Assembly (NCBI RefSeq): GCF_018977255.1
Contig: NW_024704742.1
Span: forward strand, 80,168,001 to 80,232,000
Source of the DNA: Callorhinchus milii
Taxonomy: Eukaryota
Direction of reading: 5' to 3'
DNA: 64,000 nucleotides
Shown here: positions 1-12,360 of the stretch, one piece after another
Layout: each line of letters opens with the position of its first letter
Numbering within the stretch: position 1 is the first letter of the stretch
Program-made: the position numbers and the translations under genes
Notes under the pieces: generated by a model
What the model was told of the DNA's origin: nothing
Seen by the model: only the letters and a program-made list of their open reading frames with translations
Database searches by the model: none

Positions 1-350
1 CCTGGCCAACAATCCCCAAAGTAAAGTTGGTTTCTCACATCATGGTTGTTGTTGGGTCATTACTGTTCTGTGATTGGGAGTCAATGGAATTTGGCAAGGA
101 TTGGAGTGATATGGAGGGGTAGAGTTTTAGTCCAAGTGGAGGAGTTTTCAATCGGTTGGACTTTGTGAATGGTATAGCTAGGGGATAAGTGAGGAGTGCA
201 CTTCATGATTGTTTGTGTGGACATTACTGTGCACAAATTCACCCACAAAATATACAGTTGCAACAATTTGCAGTATATCCTGTAATGCTCTTTGAGACAT
301 CTTGACAATGTGATAAGGTAACATGTCAAATGCAAATGTGAGGATTATTA
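1..350 (+). mobile_element. Degraded Deu-domain SINE fragments (type C, 3' half)
   Basis: CCTGGCCAACAATCCCC...; TTGTGTGGACATTACTGTGCACAAATT...CTTTGAGACATC...CAAATGCAA...GGATTATTA, matching the 3' half of other SINE copies in the window. Confidence 0.65.
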
Positions 351-443
351 TAGTATCTTATAATATGGATCTAAAAATCAAAAGTTGAATTATTCCATTA
401 CAATTCTTATCAAGTCCATTATAGGTTCGCTGCTCACTGATGT

Positions 444-816
444 GGAATCCTGTAGCTCAGTGGTTAGAGCACTCACCACGCAGGTGAGAACATCTGGGTT
501 CGATTCTCGGGTGGTGCAAAACATTGGGCAAATTTCCTTACTCCACACACCTCTGTTTATCTCTCAGTAAATAGGAACCCGGTTGTTAATTGATTGGCGG
601 ATCGCTTTTCCTGGGGTAAAAATTCCTTCAAAACATAATGATAATAAATTGGTCACTCAATCCATGACTCCTTGAGGGACACTGCTGTGTGAAATTGGCT
701 GCCACGTTTTGCCCACAATACATACTGTCAATTCACTTTATAGTATATTCTGTGAAGCTCTTTGAGACGTCTCAAAGACATGATAAGGTGCTACATCAAA
801 TGCAAGGATTATTATT
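444..816 (+). mobile_element. tRNA-derived SINE, long form (type B)
   Basis: Head with A box TAGCTCAGTGG and B box GGTTCGATTC; extra segment CCTCTGTTTATCTCTCAGTAAATAGGAACCCGG; Deu-like 3' half; tail CAAATGCAAGG(ATT)n. Confidence 0.9.
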
Positions 817-1842
817 CATCAAACAAATAAATCGGTTTGTTGAAGCCAAAGGATGACATTTTATATCACAACACAATTTAGCAGCATGTGAATAATTTGC
901 CGTAATTGCTGCATTAGAATGGACTCGGGAATGTTGAGGTGCCCAAGGTGGAGTGAGAGACTGAATGGACATAAGCAACCAGAGGGGTAACAGAGTAAGA
1001 CACAAATCAAGTAGGGAGAGGGATGGAGAGAGAGAGAGAAAGATAATGATATTGAGAAGAAAAGAAACAGAATATGGGATAAAAGCTGTTTACGTAAGAA
1101 AGGAGATGAAAATTGAAAGCTTTAATTATTGCATATTTGATAAACACATTTATGCTAGTTTAACTAGATAACTGATGGGTATAATTTCCCCTTTTACCCC
1201 ATCTCCTAGGCTTCAGGACAATTGGTTGGCACAAAGTTGGCCTGCAGTTTATTGGCTGTCATTGGAGTTGTCGCCCATATTTGAGTGACAGTTCTGGGTT
1301 ATCAGCTGGACTCATCAAAATGATTTGAGTTCTAAATGTAGCATTAAAAAGCAGAAAAATGCATAGTAACAGAGAGAGAGAGAGAAAGAGAGAGAGACTA
1401 AAAGAGTGGTAGCAGAATAACATAGCCAGGTGTGATAGTGATGTGTTAGTTTGGCTCATTTGCTGGTCCTCATTCCTCTGGGAAGAAATTTTTGGGTTCA
1501 TAATTATTCCAGTTACAGTATTAGGGGAATGAATCATTGTTGGCAGTGGCATATATCAGATGAGACATTAAACTGAGGTCCCATCTCCTTGGGGGGGGTA
1601 GAAGTTAAAGGTGTCACTATTCAAAAAATGCAATGTAGATGCAGCCAACATTCATCCAAATTTTGTGATCATTTACCTTACCCTTGTTTGTGGGATCTTG
1701 CTGGTATCAATGATCACCTCATCTGCTTACAAAAGCAATTCCTGCATTTGTCAGTAATTACCTTGAAGCATTTTGTAACATCTTGACCTAAGACACTATA
1801 TGAGGTCAAAAATATATTAGTGTTGTACTGATATATTACCTA

Positions 1843-2056
1843 AACAACAAAACAAATTACATTTGTATTAGTGCCTTTCAGATAGGGAGCACTTCCCAAG
1901 GCGATGGACAGTCAAGGATTTTCACCCAAGGTGGGGTTGCGATCAGGAGGGCAGGGAGGGTGGGTGAGGAGGGTGACCAAAGGTGCGGTCGAAAGGAAAG
2001 GTCTTGAGATGGGTCTTGAAGGAGGGTGAGGCAAAAGGACTATGGGATGGAGTTCC
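1843..2056 (-). mobile_element. L2 LINE 3' fragment
   Basis: (AAC)n tail and reverse-complement similarity to the 3' end of the L2 at 31104-33786. Confidence 0.75.
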
Positions 2057-2970
2057 TTAAAGTCTAAAGCTGGCTTATTACTGCTCTCACTGTCGGTGTT
2101 CAGTCACATCGAATGGAGTATATTACATTCACGTCAAATTTGTGAGAGGTTTATGATTGAAAAGTTTGCAGAAGAAAATCTTTTAACAGCTGCTTAAAAG
2201 CAAACATTTGGCATTATTTGATGTAGATCTTCTTTGTGTTTTCAGGCAATTCAAGGAAATGTCCACACTTGGCACATTTTGTAGTCTCTGCTCTGTGTAA
2301 ATTAAGCCAGCTGGTCATGGGTGGGAGCTTATCTTGGAGGCATAAAAAAAATGTGCAGAAACAGGCAATGAAAATTAATATATGAATTAGCTACTGACAA
2401 CTCAATCTGTTCAATAGGTTGCTTTTAATTGGAAATCATGCCTTCACCAGATTGTGAGGATATGTTTTTCATGATGCATGCTTAGGGCGTAAAGAAGAAA
2501 CACTTTCAACTAATCACACAAACCACACATTCACTTGATTTACTGTGATCACTTGGCTTGATGTGTGCTAAATTTCTCATCATGTCACTGATCTTTTTCT
2601 GATCCTCCATCATTCAAATTGAGCCAATCACCGTTCCTAATTCGAACAGAAAACAAGTTATTCCCCCCCCACCACCACCGCCCCGGTTCTGTAATTTTTT
2701 ACTCTATTTAAAAAAACAATAAAAATGTGATTTATTCAGACTCTATGGACAGGTGTAATATCTGGAATGGGCTAATTTGCTTGTAGATACACAGTCATTA
2801 CACTTAATAGTAAATGTTGCAACAGTCTTTGTAAATGGGGGTGGCTGTAATAGTTGTTAAAGAGGGAGGGTTCCAGCCTACAATAGAGGGGTGTCAGACT
2901 GGTTCATTGGCTACTGTGAAGTTTAGTGTCTGTATTTATATGTGAACCGAACAGTCAATTTGCATGCAGC

Positions 2971-3565
2971 AATAATAATCTTTGCATATCCCTTGAACCA
3001 TGAAGTGAATGACCAATTTTATTTGAGGAAATATTAGCCTGGACACCAGGAGCAATTCCCTTCTCTTTTTGAATAGTGCCATGGGATCTTTATATCCACC
3101 TTAACAGGCAGATGGGCCCTCAGTTTAACATCTCATCTGAAGGTAGCACCTCCAACAATGGAGCACACCCCAGTGCTGTATTGGAGTGTCAGTCTAAATA
3201 ACGGGAGTCAAGCTGTAAATCTCTCCATGGTCCTGCTCTACCCTAGCTTTATGACCGTCTCAAACTTTACAAATGTGCCTGCTCCCTCTGCTCGGCGAAC
3301 GCTGGCTTGCTTCACATTCCCCCATCCTATCCATCTCACCCTTGGTGGTCGGCCTTTCAGCCTATGTGTTCCCGCTCTGGAGTCCCTACAACTCGCCCCT
3401 TCTCTTGACACCTTCAAGATCCACCTTAAGCCCTGGACTGTCCAGGGCTTTCAGACATCATCCCGAATGAAAGATGCTAAATAAATATAGATGTGTTAGT
3501 TCTATTCCAAGTCCTGATAATGGGCTTGAAATCACAACCATCAATTGAGACAAACTGTACTAGCA
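2971..3565 (-). mobile_element. Old Deu-SINE (type C) interrupted by an L2 3' fragment (about 3225-3500, +)
   Basis: SINE body 2971-3197 (GGACACCAGGAG...GAATAGTGCCATGGGATCTTT...GGAGTGTCAG) resumes at about 3500 (CAAGTCCTG...GGGCTTGAA); the intervening segment matches the L2 3' region (GGTGGTCGGCCTTTCAGCC). Confidence 0.65.
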
Positions 3566-4959
3566 AAAGTTACACAACATCACAAACTTAACTCCACTGA
3601 TGTCCAAAATAACAAATGTGTGGAATGTGCAATTTCTTTTGTCACATTTTCAGGTAGAACTTTGGAACAGCATCTCTCTCACCAAATGTTTTTTTTCCAA
3701 TAGATTTTGGTGCATTACAATGAGCCTGTCGCCCCCAGCTCTCTCTCTCTCTCTCTCTTGGAATAATTTGCAAATCATTTGAGAGTAAGAAATAGAAAAT
3801 GTATGGAGATGAGCAGAGGTATGTGTATGAAATATTTTTAAAAATCATAAATCACCAGACTGCGTGCAATGCGAGATCCTTAAAATCATGAGTTGGAGCA
3901 ATTGAGCTTCATTTTCCCCTTGGTGGACAATGCTTAATCATTATTCTGAATGAACATGTTAATTGGATGTGTAACCAGCAATTCTTAGTCTGTATGCAAA
4001 TCATAGACGTTGCTATGATCAGTTGGAGTAGATCCAAGTTAGACATTGCAGAATGTTTGCAGCACAGAAAGACAGTAGTGAGAATATTCCTGAGAAGACA
4101 GTCATATGTTTGCCTCCAAATTACACCGTTGCTATACTTTACATTTCAGCACGGGGGAAGCATTTTGAGATGTCCTCCTCATGCGAAAGATGCTATTGCA
4201 AATGCAAGGATTATTATTATCGTTATTAGACTATTTATTTCAAGCTAGCAGGAGGTTATTATTAAAACATGACAATGGCTCTTGGTATTTTATGGGAATT
4301 GGAATTAAATTGGACACAATATATACAGTCAGTTCACCTTACACTATATTCTATGAAGTGCTGCCTCAAAGACGTGATAAGGTGCTATATCAAATGCAAG
4401 GGATTATTATATTATTAACTGTGTTTATCTGAGTTGATCAGACAAAGGCAGTGTGTAAACATGCAGACAGCCATTCATATCATTTAAATCACAAAGTTCT
4501 AGCGTTCAGAGCATACTAGGAAAAACTGCTCATATGTCTGTGTTTGATCCAGAAAATGAGGCTTTTACTGTGCGCATTTATGATGGATTTGACAGAGCTT
4601 TGAATCTATGTAGTTTGTTTATGTTTGAGTTCATGGATTTGCACTCTATTTATTTAGTGAAATTATTTCCCTAGGTGAGGCCTGGCATTGGCACTGAGGA
4701 GATTTACTTTACTTAACTGCCTTGGCCTGATGTAAGTCTTGAGATGATTTGTGAACTTATCATGTGCTCCTTATCAACCTGATAATTCTACTTGGTAAAT
4801 TTGGGAAAAGAGCAGGCTACGTCAGAGAGAAGTGAGGTCCACTTAAACCCACTCTTAAAGTTTCAGAGTGTATTCAAAGAAGGAACACATTTTTTCTCTC
4901 ACACACACACCCTTCTCTCATAAAGGTATGTAACTGCATTTTATTTTCACTGAGGTACA

Positions 4960-5220
4960 GTTCTACAAGCAATGTCCTCATCATTTGTGGGTGTGAGAGT
5001 CAGTAGATTATTGAACCCTTGGATCATCACATGGCCTTATTTGAGATCCACATACCATCCTGTGGGTGGAGGGGAGGAATATCACTGGATAGAAATGACG
5101 AGTAGGAACCCTGACTGATATTCGTTCCTTAACCTGGAGGCACTGCAGAGGCTAAGGAGGTTGAGCTCACTGTATCCCAAAAGTTTCTCCAGCTGAGATG
5201 AGCTAACTCAGCACAGACAC
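4960..5220 (-). mobile_element. Ancient SINE relic, AmnSINE2-like
   Basis: Reverse complement reads GTCTGTGCTGAGTTAGCTCATCTCAGC...ATCAGTCAGGGTTCCTACTC...CTATCCAGTGA, which I recall from AmnSINE2-type consensus; family name not verified. Confidence 0.5.
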
Positions 5221-5709
5221 AGTCCAACATCTAAATGTTATCTCTGACTTGAAGAGAGCCTGCAGCAGTGCAGAAAATAATAGGTACAGTGACACTGGAG
5301 TTTGTACTGAGAAGTTGGTCGGTATGAAATTTCTTTCAAAGACTTGGGAGTGGGGGAGGGGGGTAGGTGGCTGGTCTCAATTGTAGAAGTGTTTGATGTT
5401 GATTGAAGAGACAGCTACCCTGTTCTTCATGCATGAAGCAAGTGCAAGGTTGAATGTGGCAGGTTTTGTCTGCAAGGACACATCTTCCAAAATACTCATC
5501 TCAAAGTAACCTGTCAGCCAAACAATTCTACTTTATAAGCTAGGGAAAAGTTTATCACTTTCAGAGACAAGTTGCTATGGTTGACCCTCATATCAAGCCT
5601 GTATATTCAATCTGCACAGTGCATAATTGCTTCAACAGTTTGTGATGTTGCTGATCCAGATTCAAATTTTTCTTTCCAGATACTGTATATAAAAAAGACA
5701 ACAGCTGAT

Positions 5710-5982
5710 GCCCAAAATTCCACTTAAACTTAACCAATTTGCAACCAATTTGTCTTGAAATTTAAGAGCGTGCAGCATTTTGGAAAATTGTGGAATTCAG
5801 AGTGAATTTGGATCCTTTTTTTTAAAAAATGCAGTGGAAAATTAAGAATGCCCCACAATTTTGCTCAACATTAAATTTTAACACAATATGGTCTTACAGA
5901 GTAAGAGTAACAACAACAAGATTACATTTGTATAGCGCCTTTCACGTCAGGAGGACATTCCAGAGTAAGTGGAATTTTGGGC
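5710..5982. mobile_element. MITE-like element with perfect 17-bp TIR, containing an inserted L2 tail
   Basis: GCCCAAAATTCCACTTA (5710-5726) / TAAGTGGAATTTTGGGC (5966-5982); minus-strand L2 tail 5906-5960 flanked by CAGAGTAAG at 5897-5905 and 5961-5969. Confidence 0.75.
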
Positions 5983-7223
5983 CCCAGGCTTCAAGTCCTT
6001 GTGCCTTTCCATCTATGCAATCTTTTTCAGTCTGATCCTCCAAATCTGGTCCATTACTGTTCATTTTTATCTCACTATCACCCTCGGCGTATTTTTTTAG
6101 TGCGAAGAAAGAGTGACAAGAGTTTCCTTTGCCATTTTGCAATTCAGTACAAACTCCAGTGTTACTGCACTTATTACTTTCTACACTGCTGCAGATTCTC
6201 TTAAAGTCAGATATATAATATTTATATATTATATATAACATATATATTAGATATATAAATATATGAGAGAGAGATTTGTTTTTGTTTCCTCTCCAGGCTC
6301 CACATAGCCAATACCCCCATTCTTACTTAGCTCTCAATACTTGATTGACTTCAATTCTCATTGTAATAGTGTCTCAGAAAACTAAACACATCTCTGAAAT
6401 AGAATACTTTTCCCAAGTTTATAAAGTAGATTTTTTTTATATTTATATATATGTGTGCATATTTGTGCATGTGTGTATATATACCCAGCAAACATATAGA
6501 ATCTAATTGAGGCACGATATAACATGAAATCTAAGCTCCTCATAATAATAATAATAATAATAGTCCCAAAGGGCTCTAATGGACAAATTGCAAAATGACA
6601 CTTATTTCTCAGCACATATAATAAATCCCTGCCATATATGATTCCAAAGGCTCCAGAGAGGTTAAGGCTGCAGTGTATTGAATTAGTTGGAGTTTGTGAC
6701 TTAAGCTGGGGCCGCAGGCAAAGAGAGTATTGGAGTGACCTGATGAAGACATGGATGATGGTTTCAGCTGGGGAGGAAGTGGGTTAGGGACACAAGATGG
6801 GCAATGTTCCAGAAATGGAAGAAAGATTCTAATCCAGGACAACGTATGGTTTGAAGCGAACTTTACAATATTATCATACAGACCAGGCTATACCTCTGAA
6901 ATCTCATGAATACTTTTCAGAGAGCAGATGGACACGTCTTGCTAGAATTTGCCAAGCAGTTTCTGTTGTATCAAAACTAGACTTTAATTTAATAAATTGC
7001 CAAAATTCTAGCTCTTAAATCCTTTCGATCTTCAAGACATGGTGAACAAATTTAACGTTTATTGGGATCCACTATTAACAATTGAGTAAAATTATGGCTT
7101 TAAACACTGTAGAAAATTTTTGTTACCCAACTAAACCAAAAAGTGGATCAAAAAGATACACAAGTAAATTGCCCCTTGAAACAATCTGTGTCAGGTGGAA
7201 ACTGTGTGTGTGATTTTAAGATG

Positions 7224-7537
7224 ATAATAATGATAATAATAATCCTTGCATTTGATATAGCACTTTTCATGTCTTCTAGACGTCTCAAAGTGCTTCACAG
7301 AATATACTGTAAAGTGAATTGACTATATTTGTGGGCGAAACACGACAGCCAATTGCGCACAGCAATGTCCCACAAACAGTCGTGGATTGAAGTGATCAAT
7401 TTATTATTGGTGTTTTTGAGGTGTTATTATCAGGCGTGTGGAGTAAGAAAACTTGCCCAAGGTTTTGCCCTGCCGGAAATCGAACCCAGGTCTCTTGCTT
7501 GCAAGCGAATGCTCTAACCTCTGAGCTACAGGATTCC
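7224..7537 (-). mobile_element. tRNA-derived SINE, short form (type A, TAGAA loop)
   Basis: Full-length reverse-complement match to the copy at 28000-28315. Confidence 0.92.
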
Positions 7538-7614
7538 ACAGGAGTTTATAATAGTTATTTACACTAAGAACTTGATAAACAAGTTTATACCGAGTTTCAA
7601 ATAAATTAAGTCTT

Positions 7615-7920
7615 ACATACACTGCAGTGAATTGACTTTTGCGTGTGAAAGGCACCAGCCAATTGCACTCAGCAGTGTCCCACAATCCCTTGTGGATTGA
7701 ATGACCAAATTGTTTATATGTGTGTATTTATTTACTTTTAAGGGTTTATTACCTCTGGAAAGTGATCTGGCAATCAACTACCTGTGTTCCTACTTACTGC
7801 GAGCTAAACAGAGGCATGTGGAATAAGAAAACTTGCCTAAGGTTTTGCTCTGCCCAGGAATCAAACTTGGGTCCTTTTGCTTGCAAGACAAGTGATTCAA
7901 GCAATACGATACAGGACTCC
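7615..7920 (-). mobile_element. tRNA-derived SINE, long form (type B), degraded
   Basis: GTTCCTACTTACTGCGAGCTAAACAGAGG is the reverse complement of the type-B-specific segment; head ends ACAGGACTCC. Confidence 0.8.
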
Positions 7921-8272
7921 ACTACAATTCAGTATATTTAAATTGAGCCCTTCGTATGTATATATGTCACCCATATAGAAATGTCCCATTCATATGCTAC
8001 AGCATATATATGATATTCAACCCAGTCATTGTCTGTGAGAGATTGTTTTATTCTTAAATGTTTAAGAATCTTTCGGGTTGTCTTGTTTCTCTTGGAAGTT
8101 TAATGATATGGCCAGCACTTCTGCAACTGAACAAAATGTGCACTGTGTTGTATAGATTTACATTGACTGTACAGACCTGAAACAGGATGTTCGGACCAAC
8201 CAGTCCGCGCCGGTGTTTATACTGTTTTACAGCTTTAAAACTTGCAGCATTACTGTTCCAATAAGGCATGTC

Positions 8273-8592
8273 AATAATAATAATAATAATCCTTGCATTT
8301 GATATAGCGCTTTTCACGTCGGGAGGACGTCCCAAAGCGCTTCACAAAATATACTGTAAAGTGAATTGACTGTATATTTGTAGGCGAACGTGGCAGCCAA
8401 TTGCGCACAGCAATATCCCACAAACAGTCATGGATTGAAAATGACCAATTTTATTATTGTTTTGTTTTTTGGAGGGATTATTATTAGGCGTGAGGAGTAA
8501 GGAAACTTGCCCAAGTTTTCGCCCGGCCTGGAATTGAACTCGGGTCTCTTGCTTGCAAAGCGAGTGCTCTAACCACTGAGCTACAAGACTCC
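8273..8592 (-). mobile_element. tRNA-derived SINE, short form (type A, CTCCC loop)
   Basis: Full-length copy with CpGs largely intact and an (AAT)n tail. Confidence 0.93.
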
Positions 8593-10019
8593 ACATATAT
8601 AAGGTCACCTTGATAAATTCAACGTCAGCTAATCTCTGGGCCATCAATTACTGGAGTGCTGTACAAAAAATTAAATTGATTTAAAAATGATTGAACATCT
8701 AGGAATTATTTAATTCCTAATTATTCTTAACAGATTTCAAGGCTACAAATGGGACCTCAAAATGGAGATTTACTGTATATTGAATTATAAAAGAGTATAT
8801 TGAACTCTGCAGCGAAACGGTTGGGTTTGTTTACTGAAATTGATGTTCTAACGATTTGTTAACCAATATCTTGTGTTTTGAAATGATGAGCCCCAAATTT
8901 CCCCTCGTCTCGCAGCCTGCAAGATCATTCTGCCTTAAAATGTGAGATCACTTCAGAAATGTGGTATATTTGTGTTCGCCCACAGTCATTACACTTCACA
9001 GTATTTGTGCAGCTCTTTGGTATTGAACTTCTAAGCAGAAGTAACCAAGGTTTGGAACTGGGGGTTGCTTTATAAACTATAAATCTTGTCTACAGCAATT
9101 GGCAATATCCTGTGTGCTGTAACATTCAGTTAATAACTACCCTCATAATATGTGGTTCTGGGTCTGCTGTATTGCAAAAAATGTTCAGTTTTTAAGGCTG
9201 TCAGATTTTGTAATATTTGGTCAGGAGTTTTTCTTCAGCATGACATTCAGCAAGTTATTAGCACAGGAAGCCATAGGAGATGATGTTCAGGTCCTATCTG
9301 GATGAACGCACACTGGCAATGCTTACATTCACAATGCATTTCATGTCCTGGTAATGCACATGCAGAGAAAATAGCAATAGATTTAAAGCAGTCGGATTAT
9401 TAGCAATACCCACAACGAAGATTGGATGAATTGCAAACCAAGTGCTGTGCTCTGGGCATGAACTTTGTCTCAGCCCAAACTCAACAACCTCATCAAGTTG
9501 ACTGCTGGAATGAATCATCAGGTTTAACCTTTCAGTGTTACCTTGGTTACTTTGGTGTAAAGTTACACTGACACCAGTAGGTGAGAGGTTAGTTGCATTC
9601 CAGGACCAAGCACCACCAATCTGTACAGGGGCAGGGGATGAGGGCAACATTTATTATTTGATATATTTTAGGTCCTGCATCAGGCTGCAGTTTTTTGTTT
9701 AATTTTCCATTACCATGATTTATTTAGGTCACAAGATTAACTTTTAGATATTATCCCAGAGGCTTTGAGCTTAAGACTGTTTGATCACTAAAAGTTAATT
9801 CTCAATGAGAAGCTGAATGATCTCTGTCTACACTGTAATTTCCACAACTCTATAACAGCAAGCTGTAAATTTAAAACAGTCTTGAGGTTAAATTGGTTTT
9901 ATTGGCAATTGCTACTTTTTGTTTTAAGTAGTCACTAAGTAATAGATTATGTCCACAGGTCCACAAGTCAGCAATGAACAGGCACAAATGAAAAATAGCC
10001 AAGAAAGGATTTCAAGGGA

Positions 10020-10265
10020 GGTTTGAAAAAAACAAATCATCACCCGGAGAATGGTTGCAATATGTAATTTTCTTCTACACTGGTGGCTAATGTAGAATCC
10101 ATCAATTTTTTTGAAATAGAATTTCATAGAGGCTGGGAGGGGAAAAACAACATTAAAGGGTTTGGGCAGAAAGCAGGAGAGTGGAATTGAATTAGACTGA
10201 TCATGTAGAGAGAAACAGTGCAGACTTGGTGGACCAAATAGCCTATTTTTATGCTGTAACATTTG
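10020..10265 (+). mobile_element. CR1 LINE 3' end, degraded
   Basis: TCACCCGGAGAATGGTTG...GCAGGAGAGTGGAATTG...GCAGACTTGGTGGACCAAATAGCCT..TGCTGTAA resembles the 3' end of the CR1 at 42469-45775. Confidence 0.6.
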
Positions 10266-11088
10266 ATGCGTGAAATGTGCAGCACTTCATGTTAGGGTCA
10301 AACTCCTTTGATCTCAGTATAATAGTTGTGCCTGAGGATTTCTCCATGTCACCGACATCGACTTACGAATGCAGCATTGGCTTAATTCAATTTGAATCCT
10401 GTAGCACTCAAATGCTGCCTCCAGGACATCCTTAGTTAAAGTTAGATGGAGTCAAAACAATTACATGAGGTTGGGGGGAGGGGTTGGGTGGTGGTGGAGT
10501 GGAGCAAAGGAGGTTGGGTAACGGGCAATAAGGATTGGGGTCGAATTTTATCTAATGTTTTTGATGCAATACTTTCCACATTAAATGCAACAATGTAATG
10601 GTATCTAAGCCTTCAGTCCCTACACCCTTAACTTCTGCGCACCCTTCCTCTAGCCCTTCACCTCTGTATTTCTCTTCAAATCCCATTTTTAAACCTACAT
10701 CTTCAAATGTGTTTATGGTCAACTCCTCTCCCATTCCTCCCATGATTCAGTTGCTGAATATAAGAGGAATGAATATACAATCAATCTGATACACGGATAC
10801 AAGGCAATAATTGTGTTTTTCGAGGATGTTTCTCAATAGTGCACAGACAGCAAAGTTCTTAGTATTATGAATTGAGGAGGAAGATGCAAACCTTCGGTGA
10901 GTGAAATCTATGAATGAACACTGTGAGCAAATTAGCTGCTTAACTTTTTATTCATTCTGCTTTCTAAAGAACTTATTTTAGATGCAACTTAAAAATAAAG
11001 GTGACTGTCATCCAAATTAACATTGTGTTTCATTGCAGTGAATAGAATCATACTTGCATGTCATCCATACACGTTAACAGTAATGATT

Positions 11089-11279
11089 GAAATTCTACTT
11101 GGGTCTAGATTTACTCTGTAACATTTCAGAAGGTCCAAAATTTGCGAAATTCTTAAACGCAGTCTACATTTTCACTAAATACAGACAATTGGCTAAAAAT
11201 TAAAAGAGAATTCAACAATTTGCTGAGTTCTGAATGCTTTAAAATAATACAAATAGAGATTAAATCCAGGTGAAATTTC
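11089..11279. mobile_element. Palindromic MITE-like element (same family as 51667-51906)
   Basis: GAAATTCTACTTGGGTCTAGATTTACTCT...CATTTCAGAA aligns to 51671-51750; imperfect inverted ends. Confidence 0.65.
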
Positions 11280-11574
11280 TCCCCAGTAATACATGTGTGA
11301 TGCTTTCTTTGTTTGTACAATCTCAACCCACTTTGGGGTTGATAGGATTTCCCATTATATTGTGAAAAATGTGACATTTTATGAGATTTCATCGAATCTT
11401 GTCCGAACCATCATATCTTTCATTTCTTCCATTGTGCCTTGCCAAAGTGCTCTGAAATTATTGTTGAATGGAGCATCGCCACTTATCTGTTAAAATCACC
11501 AGGAAAGCTGCAATGCTATTTTGTCATCTTTAATGCTATTTTATTATGTTAGAATACCCTAAGTAAGATGGTAG

Positions 11575-11752
11575 AGACAGAATGCATTATGAGTTTCAAG
11601 AGGAAAGAAGACAAGTATATGATGCATAAAGGCTTCAAAAGTTATGGGGATAGGGTGGTGCTGTGAGATTAAATAGACAGTTTGCTCTGAGAGCTGATGC
11701 AGATTTGATTAGCCAAATGGCCTTTTTCTACACTTTAAATGTCTATGATTTT
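11575..11752 (+). mobile_element. CR1 LINE 3' end, degraded
   Basis: TTCAAGAGGAAA..GACAAGTATATG...GTTATGGGGATAGGGTGG...GCAGATTTGATTAGCCAAATGGCCT...CTATGATTTTATG. Confidence 0.65.
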
Positions 11753-11974
11753 ATGGTGCAATAGTATCAGTGGTTCATTGGATCAGTTTTATGTCAATCT
11801 CTGAAATATGTGTTTCCCATTCTAAAGGTGTTGTTACTTTTCATGATCAATAGACCCCATTGACTGAAATAAATCTTATGTGTTCTGTGACCAGCATGAG
11901 TTATAGTGTGCTATTCATTAAACTACCTTGGCAGGGAAGACATGAACTTCTGTGCATGCAACTTTGTGTGTCTG

Positions 11975-12360
11975 CCTGGCTTAGTGGTAGCACTCAGTGG
12001 AAACTTGGAATTACATATTCTAAGGTGACACTTCAATGCAGTGATGGTGGGGGGTGTTGTATTGTTGGAGGTGCCTTCCTTTGGATGAGATGTTAAACCA
12101 TGGTGCCATATGCCTGTTCAAGTGGATGGTAAAGATCCCATGACACTATTTGAAAAGAGAAGGGAGTTTCTCCCAGTGTTCTGGCCAACAATCTCCAAAT
12201 AAAATTGGTCACTCACTCCATGGTTGGTTGAGGGACATTGCTGTACGTAAACTGGCTGCTGCCTTTTGTCCACAAAAACATAATCAATCCACTTTACAAC
12301 TTGTCCTGTGAAGTACTTGAGACATCTCAATGACATGATGATGTGCTATAATAAGTGCAA
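11975..12360 (+). mobile_element. Old Deu-SINE (type C, SacSINE1-like)
   Basis: GCCTGGCTTAGTGGTAGCACTC head; AAAGATCCCATGACACTATTTGAAAAGAGAAGGGAGTTTCTCCCAGTGTTCTGGCCAAC Deu core; tail. Followed tail-to-tail by a minus-strand SINE 3' half (about 12360-12530) and an L2 fragment (about 12525-12750). Confidence 0.8.

Noticed and set aside
9294..9650. 118-aa ORF and a possible 21-nt micro-exon (9327-9347, minus)
   Set aside because: No recognisable domain; the splice signals are compatible with chance
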